Positions 1 through 8,598 of a stretch of DNA of 64,000 nt are shown in pieces (position 1 is the stretch's first letter; each line of letters starts with the position of its first letter). The DNA comes from a virus, in IMG/VR virus record IMGVR_UViG_3300042549_007727. The stretch is one strand, 5' to 3'. The notes under the pieces are model-generated. The model was not told where the DNA came from, did not search any database, and saw only the letters and a program-made list of their open reading frames with translations. The translations under genes and the position numbers were made by a program.

Positions 1-2
1 CT

Positions 3-1028
3 AGAGCATTTGCACTTGACTCGGCCACACGAAAAGCAGATGAGCTACGAGAAAGAGCTCTAGTTGCTTCTGCAATTACTGAGCTTGCTAAATTTACTGA
101 AGAAGAAAGAGCAGAGCTGTCTGAAAAAGGTTTTGCTCTACCTGACGGTTCTTACCCTATTCGAAACGAAGAAGATCTAAAGAACGCAATACGGGCTTAT
201 GGTAGAGCAGAGAAGTCAAAAAGAGCATCTGTTCGTAAGCACATCGTAAAGCGTGCTCGTGCTCTAAAAAAGCAATCATTGATCCCAGACAACTGGGCTA
301 ACGCTGGATCAGCGGAAGCCATGTCTATCGTTGCTTCAATGAGATCGAAGATCTCAGAGTTTGCCCTGCCAGAAGAAGAGATTACTGACGAAGATCTTGA
401 AGAACTGATAGACGTTAAGGCAGAAGCTGACAAGCAGACTGAAGAAGAGATTAAGGCAGCTGAAGAAGTAAAAAAAGGTGAAGCCCCTACCGTAGATAGG
501 GACGAAGATGGTCGTCCTAAGTATGTGTCAGGGGTAAATCAGCCTAGAGATGCTAAGGGTAAGTACCGCACAGTGTTGGCCCGCTTAAAGCAGGACTTAG
601 GTGTTGCTGGACTATCTAGAGCCCTCAAAAAAGCAGAGCAAGCCGAAAACCTAGACTTTGCCGGAGATTACGCAAATTCAGTTGGAGCTAGCACCGAACT
701 ATTGGGAATGATAGACCGACTAGATTCAGGTGCCCTAAACGCTAGAGCCCTAGAAAACGTCAGATTGACAGCTGCAGAGCTTGGTAAGACAATTGCAAAC
801 CTGCCACTACCCTTTGGTAAAGAGGCAAGCAAGCTAAAATTTAGTGATTTGCCCACTGGGCTTAAAGACCTAATCGAACAAATGATTACGAGGGTCGAAG
901 CCAAGATTGGTAAAGAGGACGCGGACATTGCCACGCAAAGCCTGAGGTCCTATATGTCCGGAGCGGACGTCTACTCTCAGGGTGAAGTTCAGTCTGAGAT
1001 GAGCAAGCTACTCCGACTCCTTACCTAA
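3..1028 (+). CDS. 5'-truncated head morphogenesis protein (C-terminal part; DUF6582-like motif; probable capsid maturation/scaffold-associated protein)
   Basis: The frame is open from position 3 into the listed 279..1028 ORF. It reads ...GFALPDGSYPIRNEEDLKNAIRAYGRA...HIVKRARAL...IPDNW, a motif typical of DUF6582-type phage head proteins, and lies directly upstream of the capsid genes. Confidence 0.6.
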   Translation, partial: RAFALDSATRKADELRERALVASAITELAKFTEEERAELSEKGFALPDGSYPIRNEEDLKNAIRAYGRAEKSKRASVRKHIVKRARALKKQSLIPDNWANAGSAEAMSIVASMRSKISEFALPEEEITDEDLEELIDVKAEADKQTEEEIKAAEEVKKGEAPTVDRDEDGRPKYVSGVNQPRDAKGKYRTVLARLKQDLGVAGLSRALKKAEQAENLDFAGDYANSVGASTELLGMIDRLDSGALNARALENVRLTAAELGKTIANLPLPFGKEASKLKFSDLPTGLKDLIEQMITRVEAKIGKEDADIATQSLRSYMSGADVYSQGEVQSEMSKLLRLLT

Positions 1029-1035
1029 AAAGTAA

Positions 1036-1043
1036 GGTAAAAT
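1036..1043 (+). promoter_or_regulatory. putative -10 element GGTAAAAT upstream of major capsid gene
   Basis: Intergenic GG-TAAAAT. The same GGTARAAT octamer precedes several other operon starts. Confidence 0.45.
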
Positions 1044-1149
1044 TATACCTAGGTAGAGCGCCTCACGCCGACGTGTGTTGGGTCCCTCCACCTTGACTGA
1101 TTAAACAGGACGTAAAATGCGTCCGACAACAACTGGCCTAGGAGGTACA

Positions 1150-3264
1150 GTGTACGACCAAATTAAAACTCAGCTAGACGCAATGTCTGAGTTAAGCGAC
1201 GAACAGCTCGCTGAACTACAGGCAGATATCGTCAGCCAGTTCGAAATGGTTGAGGGCGAAGACCCGACTACTGAAACAGTTGATGCTATGCAGTCTCTAG
1301 CAGACTCTATTGACATGGTTCGCGGCGAGCTTTCTCGTCGTGAAGAGTTAGCAGCAGAACTTGCTGCTAAGGCAGCGGAAGCTACCGCTCGTGTTAAGGG
1401 TGAAGCTAAAGACATGCAAGAAGAAGATATGGCTATGACCGAAGATGAGTCCATGGAAGAGCCTATTGCTGAAGAAATGCCTGCTACAGAAGATGTATCT
1501 GAGGATGCACCTGTAGAAGAAGTTTCTGAAGAAGTAGAGGAAACCGAGGAAGTCGAAGAGGAAATGGTCGAGGAAGAAGACAAGAAGAAGGAGAAAGAAA
1601 TGTCTGTAGATGAAACTATCGCAGCATCCGCATCCGAAGAGTCGACTACCGAGGCTGTTGCACCTGAGACAGCTATCGAAGAGGTCGCTGCTCCGGAAGC
1701 AGAGCTTTCTGCAGAAGAGACTGTAGCCGAGGCTCCAGTCGAGGTAGAGGCAGTGGTCGAAGAGACTACTGTTGACACCGCAGAGGCAACCGAAGCAAGT
1801 GCAGAAGTTTCCGAGGAAGCTGAATTCTCAGCTGACTCAGAAGTTGAAGCAGAGGCATCACAAGCATCAACAAATCAGGAAGACGGTTCTGAACTATCAA
1901 CCGAAGAAACAACCAACGAAAACATTGAATCATCAATCGCTCTTGTAGAAGAGCAGGAAGAGCAGGCCCCAGTGACCGCTTCAGCCGAACAGCCTTTCGA
2001 GGCCCCAGCTGACCGCCAGCCTGTTGTTCAGGTTACCGAAGTTCCAGTAGCAATTACTGCTGGTGCTGACATTCCTGGTTACACAGCTGGTAGCACAATC
2101 AACGACATGTACGAAGTAGCTCAGGCTATGGAAAAGCGAATCCACTCGCTTCGTCGTGTTAACGGAGGAGACGGAGAGCAGCACATTGTTGCATCTGTAA
2201 CCACCTCGTTCCCAGAGGATCGCACCCTCTCAACCGATGCAGAGTCTAACTCGATCAAGATCAACGCTGTTTCAAGCCAGGCACTTGTTGCTTCTGGTGG
2301 ACACGCAGCGCCTCTAGAGGTCAAGTACGACATTTACGCAATCGGTTCTACCACCAACCGCCCAGTTCGTGACTCATTGCCACGTTTCCAGGCAGACCGC
2401 GGTGGTATCCGTTTCGTAACCCCACCAAGCTTTGCTGCTGGTACTTATGCTGACGCAGTCGGCGTATGGACTGCTGCTGTAGATGCTGCCCCAGAGAGTG
2501 CTACTAAGACTAGCCTAACTGTAGCTGCTGCTGCAGAGGCTACTGCTACCACTGACGCTGTAACCCTACAGCTACAGTTCGGTAACCTTATGACTCGCGC
2601 TTACCCAGAGTTGATTGCTCGCCACAACGAGCTAGCTCTAGTACAGCACGCACGTGAGGCTGAGCAGTATGTAATCGGCAAGATCGAGGCTGGCTCTACT
2701 GCTGTTACTTCTGGAACCCTAATCGGTTTTGGTCGCGACTTCCTAGTATCAGTCCGCAAAGCAGCTGTTGCTTACCGTTCACGTCACCGCATCTCTCAGA
2801 GCACAACTCTGAAGGCAATTGTTCCTGACTGGATCTATGACGCAATGGCAGCTGACCTAGCTCTAGCTATGCCAGGAGACGGTACTCTGTCTGTTGGCCG
2901 TGGCGAGATCGAGGGTTACCTATCCCAGCTAAACGTAGCTCTAGTTGCATCACCTGACATGACCGTTTTCGGTACTCAGGGTGGATCTGCAGCAATCCTA
3001 GAGTTCCCGGACAGCTTCAAGTGGTACCTATTCGCTGAGGGAACATTCTTGTTCCTTGACGGTGGTTCACTAGATCTAGGTATCATCCGCGACAGCTCCC
3101 TTGTTGGAACCAACGACTACAAGATGTTCGTTGAGACCTTCGAAGGTGTTGCAAAGGTTGGTATTGAGGCACTTGCAATCACCCAGACCGTTAACGTTAA
3201 CGGTGTGGCTGCTGCTCTACGCGACACCACTGGTGGCGCAACTGCAGCTGCAATCGAGGTCTAA
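1150..3264 (+). CDS. major capsid (hexamer-type) protein with long acidic N-terminal scaffold-like region
   Basis: Start moved to GTG 1150, behind AGGAGGT at 1140-1146. About 280 Glu/Ala-rich residues precede AITAGADIPG...LVASGG...LPRFQADRGGIRF...LDGGSLDLGIIRDSSL...NDYKMFVETFEGVA, which resembles actinophage major capsid hexamer proteins. Confidence 0.85.
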   Translation: MYDQIKTQLDAMSELSDEQLAELQADIVSQFEMVEGEDPTTETVDAMQSLADSIDMVRGELSRREELAAELAAKAAEATARVKGEAKDMQEEDMAMTEDESMEEPIAEEMPATEDVSEDAPVEEVSEEVEETEEVEEEMVEEEDKKKEKEMSVDETIAASASEESTTEAVAPETAIEEVAAPEAELSAEETVAEAPVEVEAVVEETTVDTAEATEASAEVSEEAEFSADSEVEAEASQASTNQEDGSELSTEETTNENIESSIALVEEQEEQAPVTASAEQPFEAPADRQPVVQVTEVPVAITAGADIPGYTAGSTINDMYEVAQAMEKRIHSLRRVNGGDGEQHIVASVTTSFPEDRTLSTDAESNSIKINAVSSQALVASGGHAAPLEVKYDIYAIGSTTNRPVRDSLPRFQADRGGIRFVTPPSFAAGTYADAVGVWTAAVDAAPESATKTSLTVAAAAEATATTDAVTLQLQFGNLMTRAYPELIARHNELALVQHAREAEQYVIGKIEAGSTAVTSGTLIGFGRDFLVSVRKAAVAYRSRHRISQSTTLKAIVPDWIYDAMAADLALAMPGDGTLSVGRGEIEGYLSQLNVALVASPDMTVFGTQGGSAAILEFPDSFKWYLFAEGTFLFLDGGSLDLGIIRDSSLVGTNDYKMFVETFEGVAKVGIEALAITQTVNVNGVAAALRDTTGGATAAAIEV

Positions 3265-3287
3265 ACCCCGATAGCAAATCTCGTAGC

Positions 3288-3313
3288 GGGGGAGGTCAGC
3301 AATGGCCTCCCCC
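3288..3313 (+). terminator. GC-rich stem-loop (GCAA tetraloop) between the two capsid genes
   Basis: GGGGGAGGTCA-GCAA-TGGCCTCCCCC. There is no U-tract, so it is a partial terminator or an mRNA-stabilising hairpin. Confidence 0.65.
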
Positions 3314-3351
3314 AATACAGAAAACTTAAGACTTAACTTAAAGGATTTTAA

Positions 3352-4227
3352 ATGGCTTTCACAAAGACTGGTGTCGTAACAGCACCGAAGATTGTGCCAT
3401 CGGCTTTTGGTCTACTCGCCGTAGTCAAGCCAGAGAATGGTCCTAACGAAGATCAGTGGATCCGGGGATTCTCTCAGGAGTGGGAGACAACACTCTATTC
3501 AGCAACCAACTGGGATGACTCAGACTCCACCGACGGTGAAGTAGTGGCTGCTGGAACACCAACTTACTACACAGAAATTAAGCCCTTCTTCATTGAGGCA
3601 GAAGAGCTTCGTTCAACACTAGGATTTAACGGCCTTGACCGTATCGAGCGTTTAAAGAGGCAGATCGAGGGCATTACTCAGCAGGCTATGGAAGTAGAGC
3701 TTTGGGACGGTGCTGTCCGCAAAGGAGAGAGCCATGCAAACGTCGCTCTTTCGGATGCGTCTGCAACTATTCTTAACGGCGGAACTGCACTTTCCCCAAG
3801 GCGTGCAATTGCAGCCCTAGAGTTTGCAATTGGCGAGGCTTCTGACGGTGGCGAGCAGGGTGTAATACATCTAACTCGCGATGTTGCAGCACTTCTTGCT
3901 AGCAACTCAAACATGCTTTTTCACGAAGCTGGTAAAGAGCACCTACAAACACTAGGTGGAACTCCAGTTATCGTTGGTTCAGGCTACTCAGGTACTGGCC
4001 CAGACGGTGCAACTGGCGCAACCGCGTCAGCCACCAACAAATGGATTTACGCCACCGGCACCGTCAAGACTTATGTTGGCGATGTCGATGTAGTAAACGA
4101 CAATCTAGCGCAAGCATATGATGTGTCGGGAAATCAAAATGACATGCGTCTCAAAGCAATCCGCCCAGCGGCTGTTTACTTTGACACATCCATCCACCTC
4201 GCTATTAGAGTCGATCTAACAGCTTAA
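3352..4227 (+). CDS. second capsid protein (major capsid pentamer-type)
   Basis: Follows the MCP. Motifs FGLLAV, QGVIH and LQTLGGTPVIVGSGY match actinophage pentamer proteins. RBS AAGGA. Confidence 0.7.
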   Translation: MAFTKTGVVTAPKIVPSAFGLLAVVKPENGPNEDQWIRGFSQEWETTLYSATNWDDSDSTDGEVVAAGTPTYYTEIKPFFIEAEELRSTLGFNGLDRIERLKRQIEGITQQAMEVELWDGAVRKGESHANVALSDASATILNGGTALSPRRAIAALEFAIGEASDGGEQGVIHLTRDVAALLASNSNMLFHEAGKEHLQTLGGTPVIVGSGYSGTGPDGATGATASATNKWIYATGTVKTYVGDVDVVNDNLAQAYDVSGNQNDMRLKAIRPAAVYFDTSIHLAIRVDLTA

Positions 4228-4248
4228 CAACCTAAGGAGAATAGCTAT

Positions 4249-5355
4249 ATGGCTACTCAAGAATATGCTGCCAGCATCCAAGGTGTGTCGATTCGTGTCA
4301 CCCGCCTAGATTCTGTCGGTAACTTACTAACTGGTCCAGCCGACAGTTACACGACTTCCGCTTTCATGCGTATTTCGTTCACCCCTGAGTACGAAGAGGG
4401 CGACGAGATCACCGAAAAGGGCGCTAACGGAGTTGTTTGTGTAACCTACAAGGCCCCAGACACACTAAAGCGTATCACCATGGAACTTGCTATTTGTGAG
4501 CCAGACCCAGAGCTATCTGCTTTGATTTCTGGTGGTCTACTTCTTCGCAAGAACCTAGGAACTTCTGGACAGCCTGACCACAAGTCAATCGGTTGGGCAG
4601 CACCTGGCGTGGGCGATGACCCTGCTGGTAACGGTGTTGCTATCGAAGCTTGGTCACACGCAGTTAAGGACGGAAAGCGCGCAGGCGTTCTTCCTTACTT
4701 CCACTGGATCTTCCCATACGTGAAGATGCGTCAGTCTGGCGACCGAGTCATCGAAAACGGAATGCTTGCAACCACTTTCGAAGGCTTTGGTCTAGGAAAC
4801 GCTTCATTCCAAGCTGGTGTAGATGGTCGTTGGGAATTCCCAATCGCAGCTGAGCGTCCATACGCTTATGCACGTGCAGACTGGGCACCAACTGGTCTAA
4901 GTGGTTTCTACACCTGGACTGATGGAACTGGTCCTGTTGTATTTACTTCACCTACTGCTAAGCAGCCGACCACTATTAGGTTGACTGCAGCCGCTGCAAC
5001 CGTAACTGATAACAAGTCCACCCTAACCTTCAGCGCTGCCCCTGGTATCGCGGTTGGAGATGAGATTTACGTTCAGAACCTAGGCACCCTATTCAACGGT
5101 ACTTGGACAGTTGCTAGCATCTCTGGAAGCACAGTAAGTTACGTCAACTCGGCTATCACTGAGGACGTAACTGGTGTTGTTGGCTCTGGAGCTCGTGTAA
5201 CTCTATCTAACAGTGTCACCGAGACCTACCCAGCCCCAACTCCTACAACTAGCGCCCAGATCGGTGTTGGAGACGACGCATTTAACGTTCCTGGTAACGT
5301 CAACTACAACGCTGACGTAGCGATCGACAACATCATCGCTTCTAACGAGAACTAA
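4249..5355 (+). CDS. major tail (tube) protein with C-terminal accessory beta domain
   Basis: IRVTRLD...FTPEYEEGDEITEKGANGVVC...TLKRITMELAICEPDPEL...YFHWIFP is an actinophage tail-tube signature. RBS AAGGAG. Confidence 0.8.
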   Translation: MATQEYAASIQGVSIRVTRLDSVGNLLTGPADSYTTSAFMRISFTPEYEEGDEITEKGANGVVCVTYKAPDTLKRITMELAICEPDPELSALISGGLLLRKNLGTSGQPDHKSIGWAAPGVGDDPAGNGVAIEAWSHAVKDGKRAGVLPYFHWIFPYVKMRQSGDRVIENGMLATTFEGFGLGNASFQAGVDGRWEFPIAAERPYAYARADWAPTGLSGFYTWTDGTGPVVFTSPTAKQPTTIRLTAAAATVTDNKSTLTFSAAPGIAVGDEIYVQNLGTLFNGTWTVASISGSTVSYVNSAITEDVTGVVGSGARVTLSNSVTETYPAPTPTTSAQIGVGDDAFNVPGNVNYNADVAIDNIIASNEN

Positions 5356-5366
5356 ATAGTTTAAAG

Positions 5367-5408
5367 ACGGGTGGTGGCTTGAGCAAAATAGCTTGAGCTA
5401 CCACCCGT
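5367..5408 (+). terminator. long stem-loop after major tail gene
   Basis: ACGGGTGGTGGCTTGAGC-AAAATA-GCTTGAGCTACCACCCGT forms an 18-bp stem with G-U pairs. Confidence 0.65.
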
Positions 5409-5430
5409 TAAACTTATCTAAGAGGTAAAA

Positions 5431-6546
5431 ATGACCAATAACTTATGGATTCAGCCCGAAGAGATGGGTGACTATTCGTATACCGAATATACTGAAGAAG
5501 CTGCCAAAGTTGCGACTTACCTACTTTGGTCAATGTCTGGCCGTAAATACACCGGTGAAACAACAGTAACTGAGCGTTACACCTGTACCCTACGCAATAA
5601 CCGTATGGGTCCTTCAACTAAGACCAACTCTCCAGTTCTTTTCGGTGGAGACGTCTACAACATCCCCTCTGGCGACTACGATGAGTACTCAGAGCTGACT
5701 TCTGACGGTATGTCCCCCGACTCACGAATCAAACTTCGTGGCCGTCCAGTAACTAAAATTCACGCTATAAGAAACAGGCTCGGGGACATTTTAGATCCGT
5801 CAAGCTACTACCTTGTAGACCACTCAACCATTCACATCAAGGCCGGAACCCCTTGGACTCCATGTAACACTGAAGTTACATACTCTTATGGAACTCCCGT
5901 GCCAATTGCAGGAAAGATGGCTGCCCGTAAGCTTGCTATCGAGTTTGCCAGACTTTGGTCAGGCGATGAGTCTTGCGAGCTTCCTCAGCGTGTAACCTCT
6001 GTATCACGACAGGGCGTTTCTTATACTATCCTCGACAATCAAGAATTTATCGACGAGCTTCGCACTGGTCTATACGAGATTGATCTATTTCTAAAAGTAG
6101 CTAACCCAGACAACGCTCGCCGTAAGTCTAAGGTATTTTCTGTGGACACTCCTAGAGCCAGACGCTACAATCCAAAAGCTATTACTCTAACTGCAAACCC
6201 TCAATTTGATCTTACTTTAGTTAAAGGCGAGCCAGCTACCTGGACCTCAGCCGGCCGGCCAACAGTATTGACTAACTTTTTCCCAGATAGCGGTTGGACT
6301 CCAGTCATCACTTTAAGGAGCTACTCAGGAGCTAATTCGGTAAACCTAGAGACCTCAGATTACACGCTTAACTCGGGAGCTGGAACATTAAACTTTACAG
6401 TTCCGTATGACAAGGCACTACGAGCTCTCGGGATGGTAGATCCTGGAACATGGACTCTATACGCAACAAAAACAATAGCTAATGTCCCAAATATAATAGA
6501 ACTTGCGTCTGGAAACCTTCAGATCAAGATGTATCCAAACCAATAG
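5431..6546 (+). CDS. head-to-tail adaptor with C-terminal extra domain
   Basis: AAKVATYLLWSMSGRKY...LAIEFARL...CELPQRVTSVSRQGVSY...TGLYEIDLFL is typical of actinophage adaptors. A ~115-aa C-terminal extension follows. Confidence 0.75.
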   Translation: MTNNLWIQPEEMGDYSYTEYTEEAAKVATYLLWSMSGRKYTGETTVTERYTCTLRNNRMGPSTKTNSPVLFGGDVYNIPSGDYDEYSELTSDGMSPDSRIKLRGRPVTKIHAIRNRLGDILDPSSYYLVDHSTIHIKAGTPWTPCNTEVTYSYGTPVPIAGKMAARKLAIEFARLWSGDESCELPQRVTSVSRQGVSYTILDNQEFIDELRTGLYEIDLFLKVANPDNARRKSKVFSVDTPRARRYNPKAITLTANPQFDLTLVKGEPATWTSAGRPTVLTNFFPDSGWTPVITLRSYSGANSVNLETSDYTLNSGAGTLNFTVPYDKALRALGMVDPGTWTLYATKTIANVPNIIELASGNLQIKMYPNQ

Positions 6547-6558
6547 AAAGAGAAAATA

Positions 6559-6750
6559 ATGGCACAGATGATGACAAACTTTACTGCCGCAGATATGCCT
6601 GGCGCTAATGTCAAGAAGGCAGCTCCAGCTCCTAGAGCACAGGCTCCTAGAGTTGAAGCCCCTAAGGTTGAAGTACCTGTAGTTGAAGCTGCACCTGTAG
6701 AAGTTGCAGAGCCAGAGCTAGTCGAAGAAGTATCTCCAGCAGCGGAGTAA
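6559..6750 (+). CDS. small Ala/Pro/Glu-rich hypothetical protein
   Basis: Fills the gap in a tight operon, has a purine-rich upstream region, and its codon usage resembles its neighbours. Confidence 0.55.
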   Translation: MAQMMTNFTAADMPGANVKKAAPAPRAQAPRVEAPKVEVPVVEAAPVEVAEPELVEEVSPAAE

Positions 6751-6753
6751 TTT

Positions 6754-7257
6754 ATGTATGAAATTGACGGATCCGGAGTTTTGGAGGATGCAACACACCT
6801 TCGAGACATGATGGACGGTATTCTAGAGCGCGTTGAGTCTGCATTTCAGTCTTACAACGTTGGACTGCCGAACCGTCGATACTGGTCTATCGGCCAGCCA
6901 GCAATAGATTGCGAACAAGTAGTAGTCTCGTTTATTCAGATGTATTTAGGTGCACCAGGTGACGAGGCAACTACTCCTCAAAGATGTCACGTACCTAGAA
7001 GTGCTGTAGTCGCTATATCTATAGCTAGAGCAGTACCGATTGTGGGACAAAATGGTCGTCCGCCAAGCCAGGAAAGCATACAAAGAGCTTCCAGTGTATC
7101 TGCAATTGATGCTTGGGTACTTATGGATGCTGTAAAGCTTTTTGATATGTGGGACCAGAGCGGATATGGTTTGGGAGTTATTGCTACTGTAGAAATAACT
7201 CCTCCTGAAGGCGGATTCCAGTCAGTAACTATGAATTTGACTCTAGCGGTTCCATAA
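6754..7257 (+). CDS. neck/tail terminator-like protein
   Basis: Position between adaptor and tail chaperones; size; C-terminal ITPPEGGFQSVTMNLT strand pattern. Confidence 0.5.
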   Translation: MYEIDGSGVLEDATHLRDMMDGILERVESAFQSYNVGLPNRRYWSIGQPAIDCEQVVVSFIQMYLGAPGDEATTPQRCHVPRSAVVAISIARAVPIVGQNGRPPSQESIQRASSVSAIDAWVLMDAVKLFDMWDQSGYGLGVIATVEITPPEGGFQSVTMNLTLAVP

Positions 7258-7258
7258 A

Positions 7259-7783
7259 ATGCCAGCATACGGTTTAATACCAGACAGTCCGATTTTTTAC
7301 TACGGTAAAAAATTTGGTAAAGTGGGCAGAAGTGGCGGCCGAGGCTTAGGTCCTAATCGTGGTGGCAGCACTAGATTTTCATTTACTACACAAAACTTAG
7401 TAATCTACGAACCACTGCTTCATGCACAACTAAACACTAGGGCCGGGGGCCTATGGAGAGCTTTAGAAGTAGCAGGAGAATTTGCGGTAGGAAAGGCTAA
7501 AGCCCAGGTGGGGGTAAAGACAGGAAAGCTTAGATCTTCAATCCACAAGAGACACATGGGCAATTTCACTGGTCAATATCTTTGGATCGGGTCTACGGTC
7601 AACTATGCCTACATGCACCACGAAGGCACTAGACCGCATCTTATTGTTCCTAGAGTCGCAGGCAAAATGCTCAGATTCTCCAGTAAAGGCAGAATGGTCA
7701 TGACTCCTGGACCTGTAATGCATCCTGGCACCAAGCCTAATCCATATCTATCTAACCAGCTTAGACACTTTAGACGCATCTAG
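7259..7783 (+). CDS. HK97 gp10-like neck/tail completion protein
   Basis: GVKTGKLRSSI...YAYMHHEGTRPHLI...VMHPGTKPNPYL motifs; basic protein. Confidence 0.7.
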   Translation: MPAYGLIPDSPIFYYGKKFGKVGRSGGRGLGPNRGGSTRFSFTTQNLVIYEPLLHAQLNTRAGGLWRALEVAGEFAVGKAKAQVGVKTGKLRSSIHKRHMGNFTGQYLWIGSTVNYAYMHHEGTRPHLIVPRVAGKMLRFSSKGRMVMTPGPVMHPGTKPNPYLSNQLRHFRRI

Positions 7784-7798
7784 CTCGGTCGGCAATAG

Positions 7799-7806
7799 GG
7801 TAAAAT
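7799..7806 (+). promoter_or_regulatory. putative -10 element GGTAAAAT upstream of tail chaperone/tape measure operon
   Basis: Intergenic; same octamer as at 1036. Confidence 0.4.
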
Positions 7807-7865
7807 ACTAGTAGTAAGTTACTGCTTACAAATGACTAAAGAAAAAAAGAAAGAAGACATTTATA

Positions 7866-8216
7866 ATGGCAAAATTTAAAGATTTTGGTGTAGGAGCTGC
7901 TCCTGAAACTGCAGAAGTTATCTCCTTTAAGCTACACGAAGAGGAATTTTTCTGTGTTCCTCAGCTTCAGGGAAGAGTTATGTTGTCCCTTGTTAAAAAC
8001 TCATCTAGCGAAGACCCTACAGTTGCTGCTGGAACAATTGAAACCTTTTTTGATCAAGTCCTAACTGACGAGAGCTTAGAGCGTTTTAATGCACTAACCA
8101 CACACAAAGACAAGATTGTTACCACGGAGACTTTGGGACAGATTGTTGGATGGCTACTTGAGGAGTATTCTGGACGCCCGGAAGCGCAGCCAGAGGACTC
8201 ATCAACTGGGCTATAG
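7866..8216 (+). CDS. tail assembly chaperone (gpG-like)
   Basis: Small acidic protein two ORFs upstream of the tape measure, ending WLLEEYSGRP... Confidence 0.75.
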   Translation: MAKFKDFGVGAAPETAEVISFKLHEEEFFCVPQLQGRVMLSLVKNSSSEDPTVAAGTIETFFDQVLTDESLERFNALTTHKDKIVTTETLGQIVGWLLEEYSGRPEAQPEDSSTGL

Positions 8217-8581
8217 ACCTCTGGCCGTACGTCAATGGTAAGTCCCTGTTTAGTGGAATTAGGTTAGAAGAAATGGAATCATCTGAAATGGTAGATGTGC
8301 TCCACTATCTTTTTGAAGATGACATGAGGTTCACTACAGGCGACGAAGCAAAAGCTCAAGGATCACTTAGAAAAGAGTTGTACAGGCTATACGGAAAAGA
8401 GTACCAGTATGGCTCTTCTGGCTCGGGTGAAACTTATGGAGGTAGAGCCTACATCTCTGACAGCGCAGATGAGTTTAACAGCTCTCCATCGGGCGCTAGA
8501 AAACCGTACGTTGCTCCAACAAATTTCAACCCAGAAGCAGCTAACCCATTTGGGTCAGTTCTAGACGCACCACTCGGATAA
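8177..8581 (+). CDS. tail assembly chaperone extension (gpGT-like), probably reached by -1 frameshift
   Basis: The -1 frame is open from 8162 (after TGA 8159-8161), reads ...PGSAARGLINWAIDLWPYVNGK..., and runs into the listed 8273..8581 ORF. Confidence 0.65.
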   Translation, partial: PGSAARGLINWAIDLWPYVNGKSLFSGIRLEEMESSEMVDVLHYLFEDDMRFTTGDEAKAQGSLRKELYRLYGKEYQYGSSGSGETYGGRAYISDSADEFNSSPSGARKPYVAPTNFNPEAANPFGSVLDAPLG

Positions 8582-8598
8582 GGTAAAGAGGTGACACA

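Noticed and set aside
1170-1778. Long antisense ORFs (also 8664..9230, 10014..10757, 16594..17028, and those within the collagen genes)
   Set aside because: They are low-complexity mirrors of well-supported genes on the opposite strand or frame.
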